A stretch of 64,000 nucleotides of DNA from the human T2T-CHM13v2.0 reference genome, Homo sapiens, in assembly GCF_009914755.1 (NCBI RefSeq), contig NC_060934.1; one strand, given 5' to 3'. The notes under the pieces are model-generated. The model was not told the origin of the DNA. It did not search any database and saw nothing but the letters and a program-made list of their open reading frames with translations. Shown here piece by piece: positions 1-17,010 of this stretch (positions are counted from its first letter, which is position 1; the number at the start of each line of letters is the position of its first letter). The translations under genes and the position numbers were made by a program.

Positions 1-1666
1 ATGGTCCCTTGCCCTACTTTACATGAATGACTGCCTCATCCATCAAGACCGAAGGCAAGTAGTGAGTGTCCTTTCCAGGAAGGTTTCTCTAAGCCCTCTT
101 CCTCCCACTCTGCCAGAATGAGCCTAGTTCCCTTACTACATGACATGGAAATGATCTCTTTTCCATGCCTGTATCCTCCAGTTGAGGCAGGGACTGTGTC
201 TTATTAATGACTGCCATGTGTCAAGTGATCAGGGCTTTACATACAGTGTCTCATTTAGCCTTAAAAACAACCCTGGGAGATTGGTATTCTCAACCCCTTA
301 TAAATGAGGAAAACGTCTAAACTAATAAGGGATAGATGAAAGATTTAACCCAGATGTGACACCAAAGCCTGTACATGTAACCACTATATTGCATAGTACT
401 TCCCGTACTTAGATTTGCATTCACTATGCCCAACACAGTAGCTTGCAAATAACCGATGTTTAAGAGATGTTTACTGAACTGATTTGAAGCCATGGGCTTA
501 AATGATCCCCAGTAAGGATGTGAACATAATAGGTTAGGTTATAACTTTGGCCTCTCACAGGCAAGCAAACTCTAGTTTGGGTAATGACACTAGCCTCTCA
601 GAAACTCTCTTGCTGCTGCATATGAAAGCCTATGATTCTCTAGATGACCAAGCTACAACATCCTTTATCCAGAATTTGCGACAAATGCGAGAATTGATAA
701 ATCTGTAGGAGTAAATCCCTGTGTGTTTGAAATGAACCAACACACACAAATGCAGACACGGTATTTAAAAATTGTGAAACTTTATCCCCTTTGGGGACAA
801 ATTAAGCCAATAAAAACAAAGGGGAAGAAGAAGGCATTCTCTAGACCCATCTGGCTGCACCCAGTGCATAAGGATCTGCCAATCATGAGGCAACGGCGCC
901 CAGCTGGTTTGGGTCACTGAGAGAAAAGCTGCATGCAGATAGTTTATGTACTGGAATAAATCAAGATGAGCAATTACCATTTTCTGGAGAAGCTTGGACT
1001 TATTCAGGGTGAGCTTTCACATTGTTACTGTCTTTAGAGAACCGAATTTTAGAAAAAGTGAGGGGGAGATAAGGGAGAGACTGAGGCTGAAGGGTTTAAA
1101 AAGAAAAGGGTATGGGCTCATATGTAATACTTTCTTCAGCTCATAGATAAGAAATGCCTGGTTGAGGGACAGTTCCACCAGGTCCACTAATAGCAGTACA
1201 TGAAGAATTTGACAGAGCTGAAATTTTTCAACAATTCTAAGGGCTTCACAATAAATGCAAGAATAGCAGCCAATACTTATAGAGTCCTAAATGCTTCAGA
1301 CTCTACAATATATAATGAGAACTCCTTCAATAAATGTCAGTAGTAGTCATTATATCTACTATCATTAGTATTACTATCCTCAGTTCACTATCCCTCACAA
1401 GGACACTGAGTATATACTACCATCATCCCATATTACACATGAGGAACTAAGCTAAGACAAGTTAGGTAGCATGCCCAGATACATACAATTAGAAATTGGA
1501 GGCAGCAGAGCCCACAAGTGCAGAAAGTATTACTACAATAATAATGGTAGCCACCATTTTACAGCTACTGCAGGTGATCTTGTGTTGAGCACTTCACAAT
1601 CACTATCTTTCAAGCTCACACCAACCCTGCAAGGCATTATTATTAATAACTTGAAATGAAAAAAAA

Positions 1667-1813
1667 AGCCACGTATCATGGTGCATGCCTGTGGTTCCAG
1701 CTACTCGGGAGGCCGAGGTGGGAGGATAAGCCGAGATCATGCCACTGCACTCCAGCTGGGGTGACAGAGAAAGATCTTGTCTCAAAAACACAACACAACT
1801 AAACAAAACAAAA
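1667..1813 (+). mobile_element. Alu right-arm fragment with internal deletion
   Basis: cagctactcgggaggccgagg...gccactgcactccagc followed by an A-rich tail. Confidence 0.8.
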
Positions 1814-4226
1814 ACCTGAGACTCAAAAAAGTCATGTCAAAAGTCATTCAGCTAATAAGTAGCTGAGGCCAGATTCAAACTCCGATCTACCCAACCCCAA
1901 AGGCTACGGACTTTTTCACGACACCAGGCTCTCTTTAGTCATAAGCTGTACTGTAACAACTTACGGAACAACTAGGAAACAATTGTGGACAATGCATTGG
2001 AACCACACACAATGGGCATTCACTGTGTGGACTGCACTTTGTCAGTGCTATTGTGCAGGTAAAGAAGGGATACAGGAAGCCAAACACTCAGCAATATGAT
2101 TTTCTATACATGACCCCAAGTTCAAAAACCAATGCTTTCTGTCAAGGGTAGTTGTGCACTCAAGTAACAAACCTGGGTAAATAAAAGGTTCAGAGGAAAA
2201 CATGGAGCTTCCTGGAGAAATGATTTTGAGGGAGGCTAATTCTTCCAATATATTATTTTTGAGAAACAAATTTGATATATTTTAACTCAATGTGGAACTC
2301 AGGATATGTGGGCTTCCCTGACTCAGAAGCATCACAGACCATAAACAAATCACAGAGTATCTCTCCTCCTGGGCACAACTCCGTTGCTCTGCCACTATCT
2401 GAGGCACTACACCGCTCTGATGAGAAAAATGTATTGCCCCAAAAAGACCTAAGAAATACCAAAAGGAGCAGAAATGACAGTATTTGTCTTGACTTATTTT
2501 GGTGTCACAGATGTTGCCACACAGTACAAACTGTGTAATATTTGCTGATTACAATGACACGCAATATACTTCAGCTTGGATTGATATATCATCAGCACTG
2601 TAGGAAGATCTTACCTTGCAAAAAAATGTTTAATTTCAGTCCAATCTGTCAGTTCTTCCTAGGGTTTCACCTTCCCCAGTTTTCCCCTCCTCAGGAAAAA
2701 ATCTTTAAAGCCATTTCATAGATAAAAATAGGTCTGGAGTTTCACAGGGGTAGCCTTGTAATTTGGTACTTCTTGGTTATTACCATGTGTTTCTTTAGAA
2801 CACTTGGGTCAGTTGTCTAATTTGAAAAGCTCTGCTGACATCCCAAAGTATTTGTTCTAATTATTGCTTAACACCCTGGTAAGAGGCTTCCCAGAAGATA
2901 AGCGAAGTTTCATAATCATTTCCCTGGTTTGAACTTAGAAAGAAATGTAAATATATATTATCATTAAGTGAGTTGTGATTTTAATTACTGGAAAATGTTA
3001 TTAATTCTGATAAGAATTATTCAGAAGGTAATAAAGATAAAAGCTGTCAAAATTAATTAAGCACATATTCATTAAATCCAAGGTAGCTTCAGTTTCCTTA
3101 TTGCATAAATACAATTAACACTTAATCTGAATCTCGATAAGTTACATAATCATGTGCCTCAAAATCAAGGGAGGATACAACCTTGGCCTTCTCCGTTTTA
3201 CATGGGAAAACATTAATGACGCTGACATCGGAGACAATTAGACAGTGTCAGCCAATTGTTTTTAGCCAGCTTTCTCTCACATCTGTGGTGTCTACAAGCA
3301 AGAAGGCTCATTGTTTCCACAGGCCTCCTTCGGGCCTTGGCTTTTTGTGTAAACCGTCAATCTCTTGGCGAATATCAAAGCCGTGAGGAAATTAGAACAG
3401 ACCAGCTCTGCTGCCCCACACTAAAGCTTAGCAGGGTGCATCCACTATGCTACTAATTAGGCAGTGACCAACAAAATAACCTGTCAATGTCCGCTAGCCA
3501 TTTCCCACACACCTGCATTTCATACCCTAATAAGCATACAGCAAGAGAGAAAAAGGGATAACTGCTGAAGTGTGAAAAATGAACAAAATATAACAATGTT
3601 TCCATCCCCACCTATACTTCTGGCAATTACCATTTAACATTAGGGGGACTCAACATGTCTGAAGACTCACAATACGGTATCTGAAACTAAAACCCAGGGG
3701 GGAAACCACACATTGAGACTGTATTAAGGTTTGCTTCGAAAATATCACACTAAGAAGAATCTAGAGTTATGTATAAAACCCAGGAAACTGAAAATGACCA
3801 TAATTTAGATTAGGGACCAGGAGACTGACTTTTTAAAAACATTTTCCATTCAAGCCATTGAAAGAGAAATGCGTACTATTCTCTTCATCTTTTCCTTCCA
3901 TAAAACAAAAATATATAACAGGACAGAAAATAGAATATCTGAAAAAAAGTTTCATTTTTTTCCTTACATTTTCCACTCTGATTTAGTGAATTTATGATTA
4001 TCATCATTCTTTTGACCTACTGTATATTAATTAATTTCTTTTTCAGGTCTCTTTTTCTTTTCCCCATGGATTCCCACTGTAGTCTTTTGGACAAGATTCT
4101 GCAAGCAGCATTTTATTTGCTAGTATTTTCACTCACAGAGAAAGCTACATGCCTTGCAGTTGAGGGAGCTGAGAAGGTTCAGTATCAAATGGATTGAAAA
4201 CACCTCTATTTTGCCCTTGAGCTTTA

Positions 4227-4388
4227 AAATGTATTTGAGAACTCACAACCCAAATATAAAAGCAGGTTCCATTGCATCTTTAACAACATAATTCTTAAGC
4301 GATTCCAACTGCATCTCTATTTAAGACTCTTCTCAATTTCTTGGGTCACAAAACCTCTGTGTTTTACCTCTAATATCTTTGTTGATTC
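4227..4388 (+). repeat. Local direct duplication, copy 1 (~160 bp)
   Basis: Aligns end to end with 5989-6146, including an identical ~49-nt core ttaagcgattccaactgcatctctatttaagactcttctcaatttcttg. Confidence 0.93.
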
Positions 4389-5267
4389 TAGTATTCCTGA
4401 ACATAAAAAGATACACACTATCTCCAAAAATTAAACGGTCAAAAAAATAAAGTGTAACGATTTGGTTATTGTGCTTAAAATAAAACAAAAGTAACTCAAC
4501 TTCTCTCAACTGAAGGGTTAAAAAACAAACAAACTTTGCACAATGGCTCTCTCCACTTTATTTTGCCCCAAACAAAGATTTTGTAGTACAGGTACCCATA
4601 TGATAGATTTCTTATGAAAAGGCTTCTGGCTTTTAAGACCATATATCCTTTGGAGCAGCTCCTTTTTGTGCCTCAGGATCCAGCTGAACTTTTTTTAAAA
4701 GAGAGAACAAGAGAAATGTAAGGACAAAATTGTTATGTGAAGAAACATCACTTCATCTCAATATGTGCCAAGGAGCAGGCTATATTGTGAGAGCATCCTT
4801 GATGGAATCACATACAATATAGACCAACATTCAAATGGTATTTGTTAGATACTTCTGAACACTACTTTTCTTTTCATTAGACTTTATCCAAAAACAGCAT
4901 TTTCAATTATAAATAAAAACTTTCTCCACCTCTTCCTACTTGAACTCAAGTACAGAAGGCCCCTATTTAAAATGCAGCTCCGGAGCCGCCACCAGGCTGC
5001 CTGTTCAGCTGCCAGTGGCTTTTGTGTACAAAGATGTTAATTGGTTCTAATCCTCTCCTAGAAGCTGTTTTGGTAGCCTGACCTGGCACCCTGAAGGACA
5101 CCTTGGTGTGAAAAACTAAAGGGTCCATTGAGGAGGGAGTGAAAGGCAGCCAAGCATTCCAACACATTTTAATTTCAGGAATTAAAAAAGAGGAACATCA
5201 TCATGGAGATCCTAGAGAAATCTTACAAAGCTTTAATAACAGTGAAGTAAGTCCTACAAACACCCAA

Positions 5268-5298
5268 GCGCGCACGCGCGCGCACACACACACACATA

Positions 5299-5336
<38 letters not shown>
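5268..5336. repeat. (CG)n/(CA)n compound microsatellite
   Basis: gcgcgcacgcgcgcgc followed by an interrupted (CA)n run. Confidence 0.95.
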
Positions 5337-5338
<2 letters not shown>

Positions 5339-5988
5339 GGAAAAAGGAAGCCCTAGAGTAGGGGCAAAGGGAAATTCAGATTCTCAAATTCTTCATTTCA
5401 TAACTTCATCTTATAAACTGGTTTGGTTCTCTGAAATCCAAAAACGTAATTTCACTAGTTGAGACATTTGTTTTTTCTGTCCTGATTTACCAAACTGACA
5501 TCCTCATGAAAATCAGATTCCCACTCTGCTCAACCCCGACAGACTCTGCCAGAATGTATGGTCTTATTTGGTTGAAGTATAGCATCTATCTCAATGACTA
5601 AGTTTAAATTGATTTTATAACTCACAGTTTCTGAAAGAAAAGGTGAAGAGAAAAAAGTAATTCTTACGGCAAAATTTTAATTCACTGTTCTACATGGCAA
5701 ACAATCTTTTCTCACAATTCTGTAAAATACTATCCATACTATGTGCCAATTTAGAGAATATACATTTACACCTTGGGTGGCAAATTATGCTAATGAGATG
5801 CATGATCTACAACTGTGGGGTTTTGGATTTTTTGACAGAGTTCACAGATCAGCTTCATGGGTCAGAAGAATTTGCCTTTTGTCTGATAAAAGCAGAAAGA
5901 TATGAAGGTTATAGGTTACTAAAACTACACCAAGTGCCAGATTTTCAACCATGACCCAGTTTACACTTTAATCTCCACCCTGATTTTC

Positions 5989-6146
5989 AAATGTATTTGA
6001 GAACTCACTACCCAAATAAAAAAAGTTTCCATTACATCTTTAACACCATAATTATTAAGCGATTCCAACTGCATCTCTATTTAAGACTCTTCTCAATTTC
6101 TTGCATCACAAAATCTCTGTTTTACCTCTAATATCTTTGTTGATTC
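5989..6146 (+). repeat. Local direct duplication, copy 2
   Basis: About 90% identical by eye to 4227-4388. Confidence 0.93.
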
Positions 6147-6379
6147 AAAGGTTATCAAAGGTTGTTTTTTTTTTTCCATCATCCCAACAGATTCAGATAA
6201 TGGCAAAAGTCAGAGGGACTCTGCTGGTGAGAACAGTGGCAAATGCTTCACGTGAAGTGGAGTGGATAGTCCCCAGAACAACTGAAGAGGCACAGAAAGG
6301 GAATGGCAAATTTTTTCCAGTAGTGAAGATTTTCTGAGCAAAAGAAGGCACTCCTGGTGTGCTTTTAAAAGATGCCTGA

Positions 6380-6739
<360 letters not shown>

Positions 6740-7257
6740 TCAAGATGAAATTATTATATGTAATCAGATACTGACAACAATCCTCAAAGTGACGGCAGCC
6801 CTGATTTGCTCATCAACATTTTTCCTACAAGCCACTTAACGCTTCCCACTGCATGTTTTCAAACTGTCCACCACTTGTAATAACCACTGATCACGCCAAA
6901 GTCCACTCTGAATATGAGCATCGAACATGATCATGATGTGGACCTTACAAGTCACTCTCCCAAATTATTTGCCACTTAGCAAATAGAAGAAAAAGAATGC
7001 AGGACTCAACAACTTATATACTATTGACATCAGTATCTACATTCCTGAGTTTCCCCCAAACGCTTCTTCCTGCTGATGGAGACACAATTTGTGTTCCATC
7101 ACGCAAGCCAAATTCTTAGAAACAGACCAGCCCTGAAGGAGATAAAGAATAACTGTCTCCTTTTTATCTCGATCCTTAAAAGACTTCAAATTTATAAAGA
7201 CCTTAACAGTACTTAGTACGGAAAAATTCATAGCATAAATCAAAAGTATAATGTTCC

Positions 7258-7282
7258 ACAAAGATAAAGAAAATGTGGTATG

Positions 7283-7332
<50 letters not shown>

Positions 7333-7680
7333 ATAAAAAGGAACAAAATAATGTCTTTTGCAACCACTTGAATAGAGCTGGAGGCCATTATTCTAAGTGA
7401 AGTCACTCAGGAATGGAAAAAAATACTCTATGTTCTCACTTATAAGTGGGAGCTAAGCTATTAATATGAGGACGCAAAAACATGCAGAGTGATATAATGA
7501 ATCTTGGAGACTCAGGGTGGGGAGGTAAGGAGGGGTGAGAGATCAGACTACATATTGGGTACAGTGTACACTGCTTGGGTGACGGGGTGCACTAAAATCT
7601 TAGAATTCACCACTAAAGAACTCATCTATATAACCAAAAAAAAACCAGTACCCCAAAAACTATTGGAATAAAAAAATTTT
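7258..7680 (+). mobile_element. L1 3' end (L1PB/L1MA-type) containing a (CA)n at ~7286-7331
   Basis: aaagaaaatgtgg...tgttctcacttataagtgggagcta; TSD-like aagtataatgttcc / aagtataatattcc. Confidence 0.85.
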
Positions 7681-8117
7681 AAGTATAATATTCCTTTGAA
7701 TATAAAATCTCATTTAGAAATTATTTGATGGAGGCCTAGCATCTACCAATATCACTTCACTGATTTTGCTCTCAGGATGTTAAAGCCAGAACTTAACTTT
7801 CCCAAGTTCACAAAGTTGTTAAATAGTGGGGCTAAAATTTGAGTCACGTCAGATTCCAAAACTCACATTCTTTTCACCACACCATGCTGCCTTCCCAAAT
7901 TAATTAAAATAAAATAAATAAAAGGTAACTAGAGAGAAGTGAAGTTAAAACATGCTAGTTTTTTCAAATGTCTAGCACTACTATAATCATCTAGGAGGCG
8001 CTCCATGAATACTTGTTGAATTAAACTTTATTGACCATTTCCTTTCTCTAACCTTTGAGGCCTAGGTTAGAATCCAAAGTTTTCCCCTTACCAAGCTGAG
8101 TGGCTCTAGACAAGTTA

Positions 8118-8488
<371 letters not shown>

Positions 8489-8528
8489 AAAGAGTAAATA
8501 CATGTAAAGCATCTGGCACACATCAGAT

Positions 8529-8722
8529 CAGGGCCTGGGAAACAATCATCCATTTTTGTAAGTAAAGTTTTATTAGAAACTCATCACCTCATTCATGATG
8601 TGTTTTCTGTGGCTGCTTTCACGCTAGGATGGCAGAACCAAGTTGTTGCCACAGAGACTTATGGCCCACACAGCCTAAAATCTTCACCATCTGGCCCTTT
8701 ATAGAAAAATTTGCCAAACCTG
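8529..8722. mobile_element. MER58A-like hAT DNA transposon relic
   Basis: tttttgtaagtaaagttttatt...atctggccctttatagaaaaatttgccaaacctg resembles MER58A. Confidence 0.65.
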
Positions 8723-11309
8723 AAGTAGATAATCAATAAATGTATGTTTTCTTGCCATTCCTTTCTTTTCCTGACAGTAGTCACTTCAAGTTGAATGAAC
8801 TATATTTTTTAATGTTTTTTTAAGTTTCAAGTGTCATATTGTTAGCAAAAATCCTTACATACCCAGCCTGCATGTAATAATACAGATTGGTGGACAGTGC
8901 CACAGGAAGAACTGCACACACCTCAAAAGCACAGGCTGAAAGGTTACACTGTGCTTATCCTCAAAGCAAAGGGCTCAATTTGGCTACCATTCATTTAGCT
9001 AAGGCATTTCTTCCAGGTTATGAAAGAGCTTTTTGAAGAAATGATACCTGAGCTGAAGTCTAGGGATTAAGAGTTGGCTCGGCAAAAAATTGAGGGAATA
9101 AGCATCTGAGGAAGCAGAAATAGTTTATGCAAAGATTCTGAGGTGGGACTAAGTTTGGGAAATGGCCCGTGTAGCTGAGAGTAGTGACTAACATAGATGA
9201 AGGTAAAAAGAGGGTGGGGAGTAGTCAAGATGGAGTCACACCACAGAGTCACATTATGCAGAACCTTATACGCCTTGGTAAAGACTGGATTTTAGGCTAA
9301 GACCTAAGAAGGTTGAGAAACCCTTGAAGGATTTTAAGTGACATAATCCAATTTATACTTTAAGCTCACTTTGACTGTTGTGTAGTAATTAAATGGATAG
9401 AAGAGGAGTTGAAATAGGGAAGTTCCATGGCTGAGAAAAGGCTAATATCCAGGTCTCTAAGTCTCAATTGATTTTCTTTTCACTACACTGTGCTGGTTCT
9501 GGAGAAAACACCTTATATAACATTGTATCTTGGTCTTCTCCAAGCTTTGATCAGCTCATCTGTATGTGGAGTTTCAGGGATAGGCAGCTACATGGACCAA
9601 TAATCTAGTGTGAAGACTTAAAATACAAGGTGATAGAAAAAAGGTTTTCTGTCACAAGCCTCAGGAAATGAGCCAAGTTGAAAAAATATGGTTCAGCATC
9701 CAAGGGATAAGAGAACAGCTGGAGAAGGAATAGCCAGAGCCATTGTCCAGGAAGCCAAAACATTACTGCATCTAGGACGTGAAAGGCAGGCCAATACAAT
9801 GTCTTGATTCTTAATTCTGAGAAAATAAGAGACGAATTCTCAAGTGAAAGAAGGAGCAGATTCATCTTCTATGGTCTCATGAGGACAGAACAGGGGTCAG
9901 TGGGTAAAAGTGTGGAACAAGGTCCAAGGGGGTAACAGAAAACTACAGAAAGACATATATTTTCTCTCACCACAAGGGAAAAGTTTCCAACACAAAGCTA
10001 TCCAAAGAAAGAATAGCCTGTTCCCGAACGGTTGATTCAAATCATTTAACTGTATTCCAGATACTATACCAAGTGCTAGAGTAAGTTCCCTACCACTGAA
10101 TACTTTTGGACCACTTGGCTGAATTAGGTGACTATAAGGTTCCTTCCAACATGAGATTTGATGGTTGCCACAATAAAACTAAAAATGCATGCATCAAAGT
10201 ATACCTTTCTTTTAAACTTTCAATTATTTTTAAAAAAATTATAAATGGTAGAAGTAAAGCCATCAGTTGGGAACAGACTGTGAGGACAGAAAAAAAAAAA
10301 GAAGAAGAAGAAGAAGAAGTAAAGCCATCAAAAAGAAACTTTGTTCTTAAAAAAAAAAAAAAAATCACCTGACCACATGGCAAGACTAGGATGCTGACTT
10401 TCCTATCTACAGTTAAGGAACAGACCCTGCTGTTTTCTGAGGGATAGGATGACCTGCTGCATGCTCTAATCAGAGCACCTGGTGTGACAGAGGAACTCAC
10501 GAAGGACTCAGTAATTTTTAATAGAACAGTAATACAGCTATCCTTTAGACTCCTGCAAACCAAATCTCAAATACCAAGGTATTTCAAATCTTTTACTAAG
10601 TCTCAGGCAGAGACCAAGATTAATTCTTTATTAGGTTCTGCAGAGACTGAGGCGTTGCTACTGAAACTTACATGCTAAAATTAATTCATCCAAATGTTCG
10701 GGGACTTACTTTCCACTCACTTCAAATACCTGAGGAAATGGGCTGCCAGTGAAAAGCCCTGCATTGTTAGAAAATCCAAACCACGACATGCTTCCTGGGA
10801 TCTGAAAATTAGCAGGAGCTCACCCTCCAGCTTCCTGTCCTAGTGTTTTCTTGCTTTTTTCCCCTCCAACAAGTGGATCTGGTTACATTTGTTTCACCTC
10901 TCAGATATTTTGGCAATTTTCCTTTTTGAACGGAAGAATTCAGTTCCTTTCTTAAGAGTCCAAGCAGGAAAGGCAGGTGAAAAAGTTAACTGAAAAAACT
11001 AACAGTGCCAGTACCATAATTACCCAAGGACTATAAAGCTCTATTCTCTCAGTGATGAAAAAGGGGAATTACACATGTAACTTCCATTAACATTAATGAG
11101 ACTTACCTACATAAATCCCTTAAGCATCAATGGGAAGAATGGACTCAGCATAACTACTGGCCCGGCATCTTTACTCTTTCAGTCATTTCTATTATCTGAT
11201 TAAAAGGCAAAGACACGAGTGCTCCACAAATCAGAACCAGGTGAAGCTTCACGCCACTGAATTTACTGTCATCTGCCTCCTCAATGCCATTTTGGCAGAA
11301 TGATTATAA

Positions 11310-11692
<383 letters not shown>

Positions 11693-11776
11693 TGACAGAA
11701 ACAGAATGTAACATACCACCCATGTTTTCTACATACTTTTCCTTAGCGGTTATGGGTCTTGAGAGCTACTCTTTCT

Positions 11777-12116
<340 letters not shown>

Positions 12117-12120
12117 AATG

Positions 12121-12187
12121 TTTTCTTTTTTTAACTTTTATTTTGGGTGTGGGGGTACAGGTGAATGTTACATAGGTAAACACATGA
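12121..12187 (-). mobile_element. Short L1 3'-terminal fragment
   Basis: ttttaacttttatttt...gggggtacag...gttacataggtaaacacatg matches the reverse of an L1PA/PB 3' end. Confidence 0.7.
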
Positions 12188-12769
12188 ATGATGAATAATT
12201 TTAATGGTAATTACAAATTAATGAGCAATTAGTATTACTAGATTAGGGCTGAGGCTTTCAGTAAATTCCTCAATTGCCTCATTTCCTTTTCTCAACCTTA
12301 TGAAGTATTATTGTCTCCATTTTATAGATGGGGAAGCTGAGGCTCAGTATGGCTAGTCAGAACGAGGAGTCAAATACATGTTTATCTGGCACCAAATCCA
12401 CCATTTTTAGCATGATTTTTTTTTACCTCATTTTTTTTTAAGCATTTTCTACAGTCATTTCTGTCTAGCACGTTGTGTTAGAGTTTATTTTGCTTGGCCT
12501 CCAAGGCCCAATTCAAATAGTATCTCTCTCATAAAATCTTCCCTTCATCCCCAGTAATAATTTTTTTCTTAGTAAGCATGCTAATAACTAAGAATTCTCA
12601 GTTTGTATTGCACAGCAGTACACCACATTTTCTATTTTGTGTCATAGTTATTTGGGTACAAGAGTGTCTTCCTCCATTAGGGCTGTTCCTCAGCAAAGTA
12701 TCTAGCTAAAATTGCTTCTCAACATAGCTTTGCTAATAATTGCATTCCAGGACAGAAATAGTAGCTCTC

Positions 12770-13083
<314 letters not shown>

Positions 13084-14000
13084 TTAAAAAGATTATTTGT
13101 CATGAATATCTTCCAAATTATTTGTCATTAATAGTCTCCAAAGTGAAAATCTAGTATGTCTGACTCTCTGTGGGAATTACTGGAGTTGGATTAAATTCCA
13201 CCCAGGCTAGTCTCCCTTCCCTTCAACACACATTCTTCTCTTCTAGCCCCACAGCCACCATCTTTGATCACCACCACACACCACTGCCCTTACCTCAAAT
13301 GCGTACTCCTCCACGAAACCAACACTCCACAACCTTCACAGCCCAGAACCACATCCTCTGCCCAAAAAGCTGTCCTAGACACTGAGCCCAAGGTGATCTC
13401 CAAAACCATAACACTCTTACTATGCATATCTCATATTTGGTGACTTTATGTGAACATACCATGTCCTCAATTAGATAGCCAGCTCTCTGAAGGAAGAGCC
13501 TGAATCTTTTACTTCAGAAGCCTCAACAGCACTTATCACAATGATATCTAAAAGGTACACAGTAAATATTTGCTCATTGAGAGATCACAATAAGCAAATG
13601 CTATATAATAATTATATCCATTAACAGGTATGCTTTGTAGTATAAAAAAGGCTTTTACTGAGATTATCTTATTGAATATTCCTGAAAATCTTATTAGTTA
13701 AGCAGATTAGGAATTCTTATTCTTATGTGTAAGATGAAAGAACTGAGGTCCAGAATGGTCAAATGACTTACCCACAGTCACACAGCTGGCATTTGGCAGA
13801 GCCAGCACCAGAATCCTGGTCTTTTTTACTCCTATTTCTAATAAGCATAGAACCCGTTTGCTACTGTAGGTTTTACAAACGTAGTCCAAAGATAAACCAA
13901 CCATGATGACAGTATATTTTCTAAACAAGGTGAGAACAGTTATATGCCTGGGATTATTTTTCAGACTTTCTGGTTTGACATTATCCTCCCAAAATAATCA

Positions 14001-14848
<848 letters not shown>

Positions 14849-15956
14849 TCAGGCACAAACTTTTGGGATCAATGACCAGGGAAACAGCTGGAAGTAGAAA
14901 TAGTAGCAGCTCCTATAGGATGCAGTTTAAGCTCCCTAGCCTGGCATTTAAAGCCAAACTCGAACAAGCTCCCAGCTACTTTTCAAACCTCACTTCTACT
15001 ATTTCTTTCCTTCTAATTCTTGGGGGTGATCATGTTTCTTATGCATTCTTGACTACATCCCTTTGACCATGGTGCATGTTTCTTCTAGAATGCTTTCCTT
15101 ACCTACCATCTCACAAGATAGTGGGTGCCTATCCTTAAAAACCTGACAAATTACTTAGTCTCTCTGTATCTCATTTTCCTCAACTGTAAAATAAAAAAAA
15201 TAAGGGTATCTATTTTGCAGGATTGTTTTGAAAAATAGCTAAGTGGACACATGTAAAGTGCTTAAAACACTACCTGACACATAAGTTCCCAATATATATT
15301 TGTAATGAAGGTATCTTTAAAGAGAATAGTCAAAAACCTCCACTTATATTCCCAGCTTTGACTTATCTCTAACTATGAGGATGATAATCAATTTAGTAAT
15401 CAATTGAGCATTTACTATATGCCTGGTAGAGTGCCAAACTCCTTTACGTGGATGACAGCAATTAAGCCATCCTCATAGCAATCCTAAAATGTAGAATATC
15501 ACTATACTTATTTTATAGATGAGGAAACAGTTTTGGGAAGGTGAAGTACCCTGCCCAAAGTCACACTGCTTAGTGTGACTCTAAAGAGCAGGATATCAAC
15601 AACCACATTATTTCCTCAGCAGCCTTTCCCTAAGGTTGCAGGCAGCAAAGCAGTTTCTGTACATCTCCCCCTGAAGCCACAAAGCTTCACTCACATACTC
15701 CGTTCCGCAATAGGACCCAGAACCTAAAGAGGAAGCAAATCACACATATCTACCCTCGCATTGTCAACAAGAGCAATCCTGCCAGCTCCCCAGCCTCAGT
15801 GTGATTACCAAATCAGTAAAGTGTGTACAATTATCCAATTCACTCCAGACATATATGCCAACTAAGTTGAAGTACTATAATATTAGGATGAAAGCCAAAT
15901 ACTAAAAACTAGTCAGAATGTGTTTGATAGCAGCAGTGACAGAGGCCAAACTCTAA

Positions 15957-16287
<331 letters not shown>

Positions 16288-16453
16288 TAATTTTTATCTT
16301 GAGCCGCCCAATGTTTGTCGTTTATGAAAAGTAGGATGAACCTAGCAAAACATGTACCTGTGCTTCTGATTACTATTTTTGTTTCCAAGGCTAATAAGGA
16401 GCTGTTTTCTTAACCACAATTTGAAAGTGCCGAGTTGAAAAAGGACATATTAA

Positions 16454-17010
16454 CTACCATTTAACCCAGCCATCCCATTACTGGGTATACACCCAAAGGA
16501 TTATAAATCATGCTGCTATAAAGACACATGCACACATATGTTTATTGTGGCACTACTCGCAATAGCAAAGACTTGGAACCAACCCAAATGTCCATCAATG
16601 ATAGACTGGATTAAGAAAATGTGGCACATATACACCATGGAATACTATGCAGCCATAAAAAAGGATGAGTTCATGTCCTTTGTAGGGACATGGATGAAGC
16701 TGGAAACCATCATTCTCAGCAAACTATTGCAAGGACAAAAAACCAAACACCGCATGTTCTCACTCATAGGTGGGAATTGAACAATGAGAACACCTGGACA
16801 CAGGAAGGGGAACATCACACACTGGGGCCTGTCGTGGGGTGGGGGGAGGGGGGAGGGATAGAATTAGGAGATATACCTAATGTAAATGAGGAGTTAATGG
16901 GTGCAGCACAGCAACATGGCACATGTATACATATGTAACAAACCTGCACGTTGTGCACATGTACCCTAGAACTTAAAGTATAATAATAATTAAAAAACAA
17001 GAAAAAAAAA
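16454..17010 (+). mobile_element. 5'-truncated young L1PA (ORF2 C-terminus plus 3'UTR)
   Basis: The ORF track gives the L1 ORF2 terminus ...TKHRMFSLIGGN; G-rich 3'UTR and A tail; TSD-like GAAAAAGGACATATTA / GAAAAAGTACGTATTA. Confidence 0.93.

Noticed and set aside
10132-10563. 143-aa minus-strand ORF
   Set aside because: Non-ATG start, runs through A/GAA homopolymers, and no recognisable homology.
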